A stretch of DNA of 20,370 nucleotides, from contig PKZK01000106.1 in the NCBI GenBank assembly GCA_003133025.1, positions 14,738-35,107 on the forward strand. Direction: 5' to 3'. Positions 9,401-16,975 of this stretch are shown in pieces. The notes under the pieces are model-generated. The model worked only from the letters and a program-made list of their open reading frames with translations, was not told the origin of the DNA and made no database searches. Position 1 is the stretch's first letter, and the number at the start of each line of letters is the position of its first letter. The stretch is from Vulcanimicrobiota bacterium. GTDB taxonomy: Bacteria; Vulcanimicrobiota; Vulcanimicrobiia; Vulcanimicrobiales; Vulcanimicrobiaceae. The translations under genes and the position numbers were made by a program.

Positions 9401-9738
9401 GCGGGATGATAGGTCAAACGCCGGGGCTCGCCGCCCGTCGCCGGGACCACGTAGACGTCGACGTTCTGGTCGTACACGCCGGTGAAGGCGACCTGCGTTC
9501 CGTCGGGCGAAAAGACGGGGCCCGATTCGAGCCCGTACCCCGTCGCCAAGCGATGCGCGGCGCCGCCCGCGCGGTCGACGATCCAAATGTCGCCGCCGTA
9601 GGCAAAGGCGATCTGCGTGCGACTGATCGTGGGATCGCGCAGTAAGAGCGGGGCATCGGCCCGAGCCGGCGCGGCCGAAAACACCACGGCCGGCCAGGCC
9701 AGCGCAAAAATTAAGGCAAGTCGCAAACCGATTCGCAT
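6451..9738 (-). CDS. tricorn protease homolog (peptidase S41), secreted
   Basis: Signal peptide, repeated WSPDG/FSPDG propeller blades, LSVGH, a PDZ domain (GLLGADY; GEYLLAVNGRPV), ILDERFNHGG, catalytic Ser in AGSGGD, GVRTWGG and EGHGVAPD. Confidence 0.96.
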   Translation of the reverse strand: MRIGLRLALIFALAWPAVVFSAAPARADAPLLLRDPTISRTQIAFAYGGDIWIVDRAGGAAHRLATGYGLESGPVFSPDGTQVAFTGVYDQNVDVYVVPATGGEPRRLTYHPAADVAVGWTPDGKDVLFRSNRDSATDPNKLFTVPATGGFAKRLPLAMAETGSFSPDATHLAYVPNFRWEPFWQGYRGGQTTPVYVADLADSSVVRVPRNDSNDDDPMWVGNTIYFLSDRDGPVTLFAYDTQSRRVSRLLPSAGFDITSASAGPGAIVYAKFDSLHVYDLQTRESREVRVTVAGDLPQVRPHWEKVGTQIENVNLSPTGQRAVFEAHGDILTVPAEHGDARNVTNSPGVEDRDPAWSPDGKSIAWFSDKSGEYQLFIGDQKGLEPPRAISLGEPSFFYGPLWSPDSKKIAYTDKRLNLWYLDLDHPTPVKVATASYEGFGQSDFSPAWSPDSRWLTYTDVLSNYLHAVEVYSLEERRSRQITDGMSDARYPQFDASGKYLYFTASTNTGLTSQGLDMTSDEHPVSSNVYVAVLQKGEASPVAPQSDDETVKPAPDGAAKPAAKPAAAKEKETKTVIDFDGLDQRVVTLPIPNANYIGLNAGKAGTLFLTQAPLTTNQEEPPLLLELSFDLASREVKPFVAGVDAFTVSADGSKVLYGQRGRYFIVDAARPPTPGAGALDTAALEVYVDPRAQWRQMYREVWRIERDFFYDPHYHGLDIGAAEKRFEPYLAGIAARDDLTFLFREMLSYLSVGHMFVSGGSRPAMPRVTVGLLGADYRVENGHYRFAKIYNGENWNPGLEAPLTQPGTGVKAGEYLLAVNGRPVDAERDVYSYFEETAGKQTVITVGPNPSETGSRQVTVVPLANEFALRNLDWIESNRREVDRLSGGKLAYVYLPDTEYGGFTNFNRYFFAQVGKEGVILDERFNHGGQIADYIIDYLKRKPMSIIKTREGKTILDPPLAIFGPKVMVINQFAGSGGDALPWYFRKAGLGPLVGVRTWGGLVGIGGYPPLMDGGSVTAPRAAIGGLHGQWEVEGHGVAPDVEVWQDPKLEREGHDPQLEAAVAKALQLLREHPIPTYHAPPYPDHHPVLPPPGT

Positions 9739-10916
9739 CCGTTTTTCTTGCGCCGGAATCTACCGGACCCCTTGCCCCCGCCGGCCGGGTCGAAGCGGTC
9801 CAAGCGCAGGAAGCCGATCGGGTGGCGCGTGACGCCGTCTGCGAGCAGATCGGCCACGATCTCGCCCACGACCGGCGCGAACTTGAACCCGTGTCCGGAA
9901 AATCCGCCGGCGACCGCGATGCGCGGGTCCGCCGGATGCACGTCGAGGATGAAGTGCTCGTCGGGCGTCAACGCGTACATGCAGGCTTTGCCCGCAACGA
10001 ATTCGCCCGCAGCCCCCGGCATAAAGTCCTCGAGCGCGGAGCGCACTGCGGCTATGTCGGCGGGCAGGATCGCGCGCTCGAGATCGTCGGGCGAGACGGT
10101 AACGCCGTATCCGTGCAACGCCGCCTTCACGCCCTCGCCGAAATCGGGAAAACCGTAGAGCGGCGCGGGCAACCCGGAACGGTCGAGAAAGAACGCCGGA
10201 AAGCGGCCGAGCGAAAAATCGGCGACCACCGGTCGAAACCAGATCTGGACGTTGCGCTGCACCCGGATCGGAAGTTCCAGGCCCGTCGAGAGTTGCGCCA
10301 GCCACGGTCCGGCACACAGCGCGAGCCGTTCGGTGCGAATTTCCCCGCCGCCGGCGAGTTCGAGCACGACCGCGTCCGGTTCGGAACGGAAGCGCGCAAC
10401 GCGCGTCGCGAAGATCGTGTCGGCGCCATGTGCTTCCGCGCGCGCGAGTTGCGCCGCGACGGCTCGCTCGGGGAAGACGACCCCGGCCTCGGGTTCGATG
10501 AAGCCGATCTCACCGGGACGCAGCCGAAGCGCGGGATAGCGCGCCGCGAGCGCGGCGGCATCGAGTCGTTCGAGCAAAATGCCGTGCAGACGCGCGCTCT
10601 CGAACGCTCCGCATAAGACCGCGCTCGCCGCGTCGCCGACCATCAAGACACCGGGCAACGTAAGTACGTGCGCTCCGCTCGCGCTCTCGAGTTCGCGCCA
10701 CAGCTCGTAGGCTCGCGAAAGTAACGGCACGTAGGCCGCGTGTTCGAAGTACGCTTTGCGTACGATCCGCGAGCGGCCGGCGGAAGCGCCGAGTTCGTGG
10801 CCGCGAGCGAACGCCTCAATACCTAAAACGCGTTTCCCCCGCGCGGCGAGGGTGGCCAGCGAAGCGCTGCCCATCCCGCCCAAACCCACCACGACCGCCT
10901 CGTAATCCGCGGAAAT
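9711..10916 (-). CDS. solA: N-methyl-L-tryptophan oxidase / monomeric sarcosine oxidase family flavoprotein
   Basis: YEAVVVGLGGMGSA, GASAGRSRIVRKAYFE, CAGPW, the FAD-linking Cys in ACMYALTPDEHFILD, and GFSGHGFKFAPVVGE. The start is placed at ATT 10916 (see findings). The 3' end overlaps the tricorn start by 28 nt. Confidence 0.88.
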   Translation of the reverse strand: MSADYEAVVVGLGGMGSASLATLAARGKRVLGIEAFARGHELGASAGRSRIVRKAYFEHAAYVPLLSRAYELWRELESASGAHVLTLPGVLMVGDAASAVLCGAFESARLHGILLERLDAAALAARYPALRLRPGEIGFIEPEAGVVFPERAVAAQLARAEAHGADTIFATRVARFRSEPDAVVLELAGGGEIRTERLALCAGPWLAQLSTGLELPIRVQRNVQIWFRPVVADFSLGRFPAFFLDRSGLPAPLYGFPDFGEGVKAALHGYGVTVSPDDLERAILPADIAAVRSALEDFMPGAAGEFVAGKACMYALTPDEHFILDVHPADPRIAVAGGFSGHGFKFAPVVGEIVADLLADGVTRHPIGFLRLDRFDPAGGGKGSGRFRRKKNGCESVCDLP

Positions 10917-11031
10917 TAGTTTACACTCCCGAAGCCGCCAAGGGGGAGCTCACGGCCAATCGGTAGCAAAGGGAAGGAGCCCTGCTCCCGTTTACCGCGG
11001 ACGGCCTGCGTTCGCATTGGAGATCACCCTC

Positions 11032-12597
11032 TTGAAAAAGCAGTTAGGGATCGCTGCCTCAGCCGGCTTGATCGCTCTCTCCGGCGCGATGCCAGCATCC
11101 GCGGCCCACTTCCACCCGCTTCCGACGCACTTCGCCTTCGATCAATTCGGCCACCACGGACGCTTGATGCGCCGGCCCACCTTCCTCGAGATGAACAAAT
11201 CCAAGGCGGTTTGGACCCCGGTCACCGCGCAAGGCCCGTTCGGAAGCAATGGCGCCGGAACCGCGGTTTTGCTCACCGACGGCACCGTAGCGATCCACGA
11301 CAACTTCAGTTCTTGGTACAAACTCACCCCCGACAATACGGGCAGCTATATCAACGGATCGTGGTCGCAGCTCGCCTCGCTGCCGAGCGGCTACGGCCCG
11401 CTCTACTACGCCGATGCGATCCTGCCCGACGGGCGGTTGATCATCGAAGGCGGCGAATACAATTTCGACCGTCAGGTCGAGACCACTCTGGGCGCGATCT
11501 ACGATCCCGTCGCCGACACCTGGACCGCGGTCTCGCCGCCGACGGGCTGGTCGGCGATCGGCGACGCGCAGGGCGCGGTGCTCGCCGACGGCACGTTCTT
11601 GCTGGGCAACTGCTGCACGCGCATTCAGGCCTTTTTCGACGAGTCGACGCTGACCTGGACCGCGACCGGAACGGGCAAGGCGGATAACAATTCTGAGGAA
11701 GGCTGGTCGCTGCTCCCGAACGGCGACGTCCTCACCGTCGACGTCGAGAACCCGCAAGCCAAACAATCCGAATACTTCACCGAATCGACCGGAGCGTGGG
11801 CGAATGCCGGCAACACCGTCGTCGAACTGGTCGACGGCGGCGACTACGAGATCGGTCCGCAAATTTTGCTGCCGAGCGGCAAGGTCATCGCCACGGGTGC
11901 GTCGGGCTATAACGCGCTCTTCGATCTCAAGACCGGAACGTGGGCGGCCACCGGCTCGTTCCCGATCGTGAACGGCGCGCAGATCGACGTCGCCGACGGC
12001 CCGGGCGCGCTCCTTCCCGACGGCAAAGCGCTCTTCGTGGGCAGCCCGGGTGCGTATAACTCGCCGAGCTACTTCTACGAATTCAACGGCAAGAAGATGG
12101 TCGCGATTCCGGGCACGCCGAACGCGCCCCAGAATTCGAGCTACGACTATCGCTTTCTGCCGCTGCCCAACGGTCAGACGCTCGTCACCGACGGGAGCGA
12201 CGACGTTGAGATCTTCACCGGAGGCGGAAAGCCGAAGAAGGCGTGGGCTCCGAAGATCTCTTCCGTTCCCACCTCGTTGACGGCCGGCACCACGTACACC
12301 GTTTCGGGCGTCGGGCTCAACGGCTTGTCGCAAGCCGGTGCGTACGGCGACGACGCGCAAGCTGCGACGAATTATCCGCTCGTGCGCATCACCAACGAAG
12401 CCAGCGGAAACGTCGTCTACGCGCGCACGCACGACTTCTCGGCGATGCCGGTTGCATCGCCGGCGACCGTGAGCGCGAGCTTCGACGTGCCCTCCAGCAT
12501 CGGCACGGGAGCGAGCGTTCTCGAGGTCGTTGCGAACGGGATCGCTTCGGCGCCGGTTTCGGTCACCGTCTCGGCGAGCGGCCTGCGTACGCGATAA
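11032..12597 (+). CDS. secreted kelch/galactose-oxidase-like seven-bladed beta-propeller protein with C-terminal Ig-like domain
   Basis: TTG 11032 with GGAG at 11019-11022. Signal peptide MKKQLGIAASAGLIALSGAMPASA. Seven repeats of the (L)LPDG type. Beta-rich C-terminus (PKISSVPT...YPLVRITN...YARTH...LEVVANGIAS). Confidence 0.82.
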   Translation: MKKQLGIAASAGLIALSGAMPASAAHFHPLPTHFAFDQFGHHGRLMRRPTFLEMNKSKAVWTPVTAQGPFGSNGAGTAVLLTDGTVAIHDNFSSWYKLTPDNTGSYINGSWSQLASLPSGYGPLYYADAILPDGRLIIEGGEYNFDRQVETTLGAIYDPVADTWTAVSPPTGWSAIGDAQGAVLADGTFLLGNCCTRIQAFFDESTLTWTATGTGKADNNSEEGWSLLPNGDVLTVDVENPQAKQSEYFTESTGAWANAGNTVVELVDGGDYEIGPQILLPSGKVIATGASGYNALFDLKTGTWAATGSFPIVNGAQIDVADGPGALLPDGKALFVGSPGAYNSPSYFYEFNGKKMVAIPGTPNAPQNSSYDYRFLPLPNGQTLVTDGSDDVEIFTGGGKPKKAWAPKISSVPTSLTAGTTYTVSGVGLNGLSQAGAYGDDAQAATNYPLVRITNEASGNVVYARTHDFSAMPVASPATVSASFDVPSSIGTGASVLEVVANGIASAPVSVTVSASGLRTR

Positions 12598-12622
12598 CGC
12601 ATCTCTAACCCAATCACGCAGG

Positions 12623-12662
12623 AAAGCAGGCGGGTGGCATTGTCACCCGCCTGCTTTTTCTT
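12623..12662 (+). terminator. rho-independent terminator
   Basis: 14-bp perfect stem AAAGCAGGCGGGTG / CACCCGCCTGCTTT with a 7-nt loop, running into TTTTTCTT, about 25 nt after the stop at 12597. Confidence 0.9.
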
Positions 12663-12841
12663 ATTGCCGGAACGAAAATACGGCTAAAGTCGCAGCAAGC
12701 GTGCGCCAGCCGGTCGCGCGGGTCGAAAATCTGCCTCGACCGGCCTATCTCGCGCAGAGAATCGCGCTATTTCGCAATTGCACTAAGCAAGTACGCTAAA
12801 CGGTAGGGGTGTTTAGCATCGGGTAGAGAATAACCGTCCTC

Positions 12842-13102
12842 GTGCCAAGCATCAAGAATATCGAAAAAGACATCCACGAACTCGAAGGCTTCGAAGTTCG
12901 CATCACCAGCAGTTCGACCCGGCGTAACCTTCCCGACTACGATTACGGTCGCGCCGCGCGTGCCGCATTCACCGTCGCCGATTGGAAGCGCGCGCGTTTC
13001 GAGCGCAATTACCCCGATCTCAAGATCGAGGTTCTCCGCGCCGACGGCAAGGTCGCAACCAACAGCCTAACGCTCGCAAAGATCCGCGCCGGATACGATT
13101 AA
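12842..13102 (+). CDS. small hypothetical protein (86 aa)
   Basis: Protein-like composition (MPSIKNIEKDIHELEGFEVRI...LPDYDYGRAAR..FTVADWKRARFERNYPDLKIEVLRADG...LAKIRAGYD) with C/G-ending codons. It fills the gap between two hairpins. Confidence 0.78.
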   Translation: MPSIKNIEKDIHELEGFEVRITSSSTRRNLPDYDYGRAARAAFTVADWKRARFERNYPDLKIEVLRADGKVATNSLTLAKIRAGYD

Positions 13103-13152
13103 CGCTCGCGCGGGCTCCCGCCGGGAACCTCGCGAACGCTTTCCGACCATAC

Positions 13153-13190
13153 GGGCGGGCACCCAACGGGTGCCCGCTCCTTGTCGTTTA
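13153..13190 (+). terminator. GC-rich hairpin, possible terminator of the 86-aa gene
   Basis: GCGGGCACCC-AAC-GGGTGCCCGC (13155-13177), followed by a weak T-rich tail (CTTGTCGTTT). Confidence 0.5.
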
Positions 13191-13289
13191 CCATGCTCGC
13201 GGCAAAGCGGCTAGCTGAAGAATGTCTGGAGCCGGTCTCGCCGAACAGGCCCCACACGCCTCCGCAGGCCCGCTAGAGGTGATGGTCTC

Positions 13290-16200
13290 GTGATGTTCAG
13301 TCATTTCCGCCTCGTCGTCGCAGCGTTCGCGCTGGCGGGTGCGGCCTCGCTGTCCTGCCTGCGTGCGGAGGCCGCGCCGCGGATTGCCGAGCCCGTTCAG
13401 ATCGGGCCGGGTTCGGGCAGGGTCGTCTTCCTCGACGTCCTGCAACAGGCCTCACCCTGGCTGAGCGACGACGGATCCGCGCTCGACCTGGATAACGACG
13501 GAAACCTGCGCGACCTGCGCCCGGGACAAAGCGCCGACCGGATCGTGTTCGCCCGCGAGCGCTATCCGGCGGGCGACTATCTGTTGGAATGGACCGGTCG
13601 CGCGAGCTTCGCCGTCTCAGGCGCAACGCTCTTGCCGGGTGGCGGACCCAACGCCGCGATCGTTCGCGTGACGCACATCGAAGCGAGCGGGCTGCGCCTG
13701 CGCGTGACCGCGACCGATCCCGAACATCCCGTGCGCAACCTGCACCTCTATCTGCCCGGCTCCCGCATCGCCGCAGCCAAGTCAGTATTCACGCCGGCAT
13801 TCCTGAATTCGCTGTCGGGCGCCGACGTGATCGACTTCACAGCGTGGTCGCGCGTGGACTCCTTCGCCGGACCGGCCGAGTGGCCGCTGCGCTCGCGCGT
13901 CGACCAGCCGACGCAAGCGACGGCCGCAGGCGCGGCACTCGAAGACGAAATATTGCTCGCCAACCTGACCGGCGCGCACCCGCTGATCTCGATTCCCGCC
14001 GGCGCGACCGACGGATTCATCCGGGGCGAGGCGCGCGTCATCTTACGCACGCTCGATCCGAGCTTGCGTCCCGTGCTGAATTTGGGCGGCCGCGAGATTC
14101 TGGTGGCAAATAGCCCGGCGAACCAATGGGCCGTTACCGCCGCGCGCAACCTGCGCATCGCCCCGGGCGAGCCGCAAGCCGGAGCGCGCATGTTCGCCCA
14201 GCGCCGTTACGCCGACGCGTTGGCAATCTTTCGTGAGGTCTTCGGTCCGCAAGCCGGACGCATCGTGCCCGCCGATTCGCCCGAGCTCGCGAGCCTGCAC
14301 CGCCTAGCCGGTAATCCGGACGCGGTGCTGCAACCCGACGACGATTCCACGCCGGCCGAAACCGAACACGTGCCCGTTCCGCTGCCGGTCTTCCATCCGG
14401 GCGTGGCCGGCGCGCCGCATCCACCGAGTCCGCTCGACCTCGGCGGCCGTCCCGGCGTGGCCATCGGCCTGGGCGTGCCGTTGCGCGGAGCGAACCGTTC
14501 GCACGAAGGCGCGGCGGCGGCAATTGCCCGCTCGGGCTCGAGCTACGTCGTGACCGCTCCCGCGGATCGTTCCGAGCGCAGCCTCCGCGTCTACGCAAGC
14601 GGCGAGGGCACGACGGCGACCCTCAGCGCGACGCTCGACGGCAAAACGTATTCGGGCGCGACGTTCGGGAACCGACGCGGCGCAAACGACGGTGTCTGGA
14701 CGATCATCTATCGCGCGCGCTCCGCGGGCGAGCGGCTCGTCGTGCGCGTGACGCCGGCCCCCGGCGGCACCGCCTTCGCCGTGCACGGTGCGTCGGTCGC
14801 CGTGCACGACCTGCGCGGCATACGCAATACGTCCCCGAGCGACGAAGGACTCTACCACAACGATTTGCTGCGCACGGGCTGGAATCCGAACGAGACGACG
14901 CTCACCACGTCCAACGTGAACGCCTCCGCGTTCGGTCAAGTCGGCACCCTCGCAGTGGACGGCAACGTGCTCGCGCAGCCGCTGTACCTCGCCGGGCTGA
15001 CCGTCGGCGGCCAGACGCACAACGTGCTGATCATGGCCACGGAGAACGCGAGCGTCTACGAGTTCGACGCCGATACCGGCGCGCAGTTGAACAAAGTCAG
15101 TCTCGGCACCGCGGCGTCTTCGAAGAACATCGGCTGCAGCGACATCACGCCGCAATACGGCATCACCTCTACCCCCGTGGTCAACCGGGCGGGAAATGCG
15201 CTCTACGTCGTGGCCGTGACGGAGCCGAAGAAAAAGCAGTTTGCGGTAACGCTGCACTCGCTCAACCTGACCACGCTCGCCGACAACGTGACGCCGGTCG
15301 CCATCGATCCTTCGGTCACGCTCAACAACGGCGAACAAGTCGGCTTCAACCCGCAAAACCAGCACGTTCGTCCGGGCCTGGTTTGGGCCAATAACTCGCT
15401 GTACCTCGGCATCGGCTCTCACTGCGACAACGACGCGGGCGACATCGTAGGCTGGGTGCTCGACTACGATCCCAATCTCAACCCGCTCGCAGCCTTCCCC
15501 ACCATCGAAGACCACGCGAGCTTCCTGCTCTCGAGCGTGTGGCAGAGCGGCTTCGCCCCCGCGGTATCGGCCACGGGCGACCTCTATTTCGCAACGGGGA
15601 ACGGCGCCTTCGACGCATCCTCGGGCGGCAAGGACTACGGCGAGAGCGTCGTGCGCATCAACTCGGGCTTGACGCAGGTCGAAAGCTTCTTTACGCCCCA
15701 CGAGTGGAAAAAGCTCAACGCCAACGACGAGGACCTCGGCTCGGGCGGCGTCATGCTGTTGCCGCAGCAGCAAGGCGCTCATCCCAATATTCTGGTGGCG
15801 CAGGGCAAGTCGTCGAAGATCTATCTGCTCGACGCGCTGACGCTCGGCGGCGAGACGAAAACCGATTCGGGCGCCTTGCAGATTCTCAAACCGACCGGCG
15901 GCGGCGTCTGGGGCGGCCCGACCTACTACAGCGGACCGACCGGACAGTTCGTCTATTACCAGACCGGCGGCGACGTGCTGCGGGCGTACGCGCTCGGAGA
16001 GAATTCGCAGGGCCTACCCACGCTGACCCTGAGTTCGGCCGGCTCGAGTCAAGCCGGTTACGGCGGCTCGACGCCGGTGGTTTCGTCGAACGCTCAAGTC
16101 GCCGGAACGGGCATCGTTTGGGAGGTCGAGCGCGGCAACAAAGACCTCACGCTCGAGGCCTACGATGCGACGAACCTGACCAGTTTGCTCTTCAGCGCAA

Positions 16201-16307
16201 AAGCCGGCACGTGGCCCAAGAGCAACGGCTTCGAGACGCTGCTCGTGGCCAACGGCAAGGTATACGTGCCGAGCCAAAACGAGGTCACGGTGTTCGGACT
16301 GAAGTGA
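13290..16307 (+). CDS. large secreted multidomain protein with C-terminal PQQ-like beta-propeller
   Basis: GAGGTG SD, start at GTG 13290 or ATG 13293, and a signal peptide ending AEA. From 14841: YHNDLLRTGWNPNETTLT..NV...FG...VDGNVLAQPLY...ATEN.SVYEFDADTG, GITSTPV, YFATGNG and DEDLGSGG, as in 'pyrrolo-quinoline quinone'-annotated propellers. Confidence 0.82.
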   Translation: MMFSHFRLVVAAFALAGAASLSCLRAEAAPRIAEPVQIGPGSGRVVFLDVLQQASPWLSDDGSALDLDNDGNLRDLRPGQSADRIVFARERYPAGDYLLEWTGRASFAVSGATLLPGGGPNAAIVRVTHIEASGLRLRVTATDPEHPVRNLHLYLPGSRIAAAKSVFTPAFLNSLSGADVIDFTAWSRVDSFAGPAEWPLRSRVDQPTQATAAGAALEDEILLANLTGAHPLISIPAGATDGFIRGEARVILRTLDPSLRPVLNLGGREILVANSPANQWAVTAARNLRIAPGEPQAGARMFAQRRYADALAIFREVFGPQAGRIVPADSPELASLHRLAGNPDAVLQPDDDSTPAETEHVPVPLPVFHPGVAGAPHPPSPLDLGGRPGVAIGLGVPLRGANRSHEGAAAAIARSGSSYVVTAPADRSERSLRVYASGEGTTATLSATLDGKTYSGATFGNRRGANDGVWTIIYRARSAGERLVVRVTPAPGGTAFAVHGASVAVHDLRGIRNTSPSDEGLYHNDLLRTGWNPNETTLTTSNVNASAFGQVGTLAVDGNVLAQPLYLAGLTVGGQTHNVLIMATENASVYEFDADTGAQLNKVSLGTAASSKNIGCSDITPQYGITSTPVVNRAGNALYVVAVTEPKKKQFAVTLHSLNLTTLADNVTPVAIDPSVTLNNGEQVGFNPQNQHVRPGLVWANNSLYLGIGSHCDNDAGDIVGWVLDYDPNLNPLAAFPTIEDHASFLLSSVWQSGFAPAVSATGDLYFATGNGAFDASSGGKDYGESVVRINSGLTQVESFFTPHEWKKLNANDEDLGSGGVMLLPQQQGAHPNILVAQGKSSKIYLLDALTLGGETKTDSGALQILKPTGGGVWGGPTYYSGPTGQFVYYQTGGDVLRAYALGENSQGLPTLTLSSAGSSQAGYGGSTPVVSSNAQVAGTGIVWEVERGNKDLTLEAYDATNLTSLLFSAKAGTWPKSNGFETLLVANGKVYVPSQNEVTVFGLK

Positions 16308-16975
16308 GTTTCGAACGCGACGAACTCAGCGCGCGCCTCCGCGCGGTGCCGGCCTCCACGGCCGAGACCGTCTTGCGCCAACTCGGCGTCGATCGGTTTG
16401 CGATCAACGCGTTGCACCACCTCAGCGGCGCGGAGAGCATCGCGGGGCCCGCGCGCACGCTGCGTTTCTTGCCGGCGCGCGCCGACTTCACGAGCCCCAA
16501 GGGCAAGCTGCAACGCGGTCTCATCGACGGATTGCGCGAGGGCGAGGTGCTGGTCATCGATGCGCTGGGAACGCTCGACGCAGCCGCGCTCGGCGACATG
16601 ATGGCCGGTCGCGCCCAGGCGCGCGGCGCCGCGGGCGTCGTCGTCGACGGCGTCGTGCGCGACGTCGCGGGTCTGCGCGCGATGGGCTTGAGCGTGCACG
16701 CGCGCGGCGCCTATCCGACGCCGTCCCAAGGCAAATTGATCCCGTGGGAGAGCGACGTTCCGATTCAGTGCGCGGGCGTGCTCGTCTTCCCCGGCGATTA
16801 CGTGATCGCCGATCTCGACGGCGTCGTCGTCGTGCCCGCCGCACTCGCACGCACGGTCGCGGAGCGAGGCGAGGCCATGAATGCCGACGACGCGATTTCG
16901 CAACGCCTCCTTGCGGAAGGCAAACCCCTCGACGAAGCTTATCCGCTGCCGGCTTCGGCGCGACCGGGGGCGTAA
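16304..16975 (+). CDS. RraA / HMG-aldolase-like family protein
   Basis: GTG 16304 overlaps the upstream TGA. Motifs IAGPARTLRFLPARAD, GEVLVIDA, LGDMMAGRAQARGAAGVVVDGVVRD and VFPGDYVIADLDGVVVVP. The ORF-track start at 15539 is an over-extension. Confidence 0.9.
   Translation: MSFERDELSARLRAVPASTAETVLRQLGVDRFAINALHHLSGAESIAGPARTLRFLPARADFTSPKGKLQRGLIDGLREGEVLVIDALGTLDAAALGDMMAGRAQARGAAGVVVDGVVRDVAGLRAMGLSVHARGAYPTPSQGKLIPWESDVPIQCAGVLVFPGDYVIADLDGVVVVPAALARTVAERGEAMNADDAISQRLLAEGKPLDEAYPLPASARPGA

Noticed and set aside
6565..9645. 1026-aa plus-strand ORF antisense to tricorn
   Set aside because: It is a shadow ORF caused by GC-rich codon bias. It has no motifs and lies entirely within a clearly real gene.
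10931..11016. Possible riboswitch or ncRNA in the divergent solA / propeller intergenic region (GGAGC-CCT-GCTCC hairpin at 10976-10988)
   Set aside because: The stem is only 5 bp and I recognise no riboswitch consensus. An Rfam/Infernal scan would be needed.
11059..12432. 457-aa antisense ORF, and similar ones at 14304-15782, 4685-6121 and 16160-18049
   Set aside because: They are Arg/Ala/Gly-rich off-frame or antisense translations overlapping well-supported genes.
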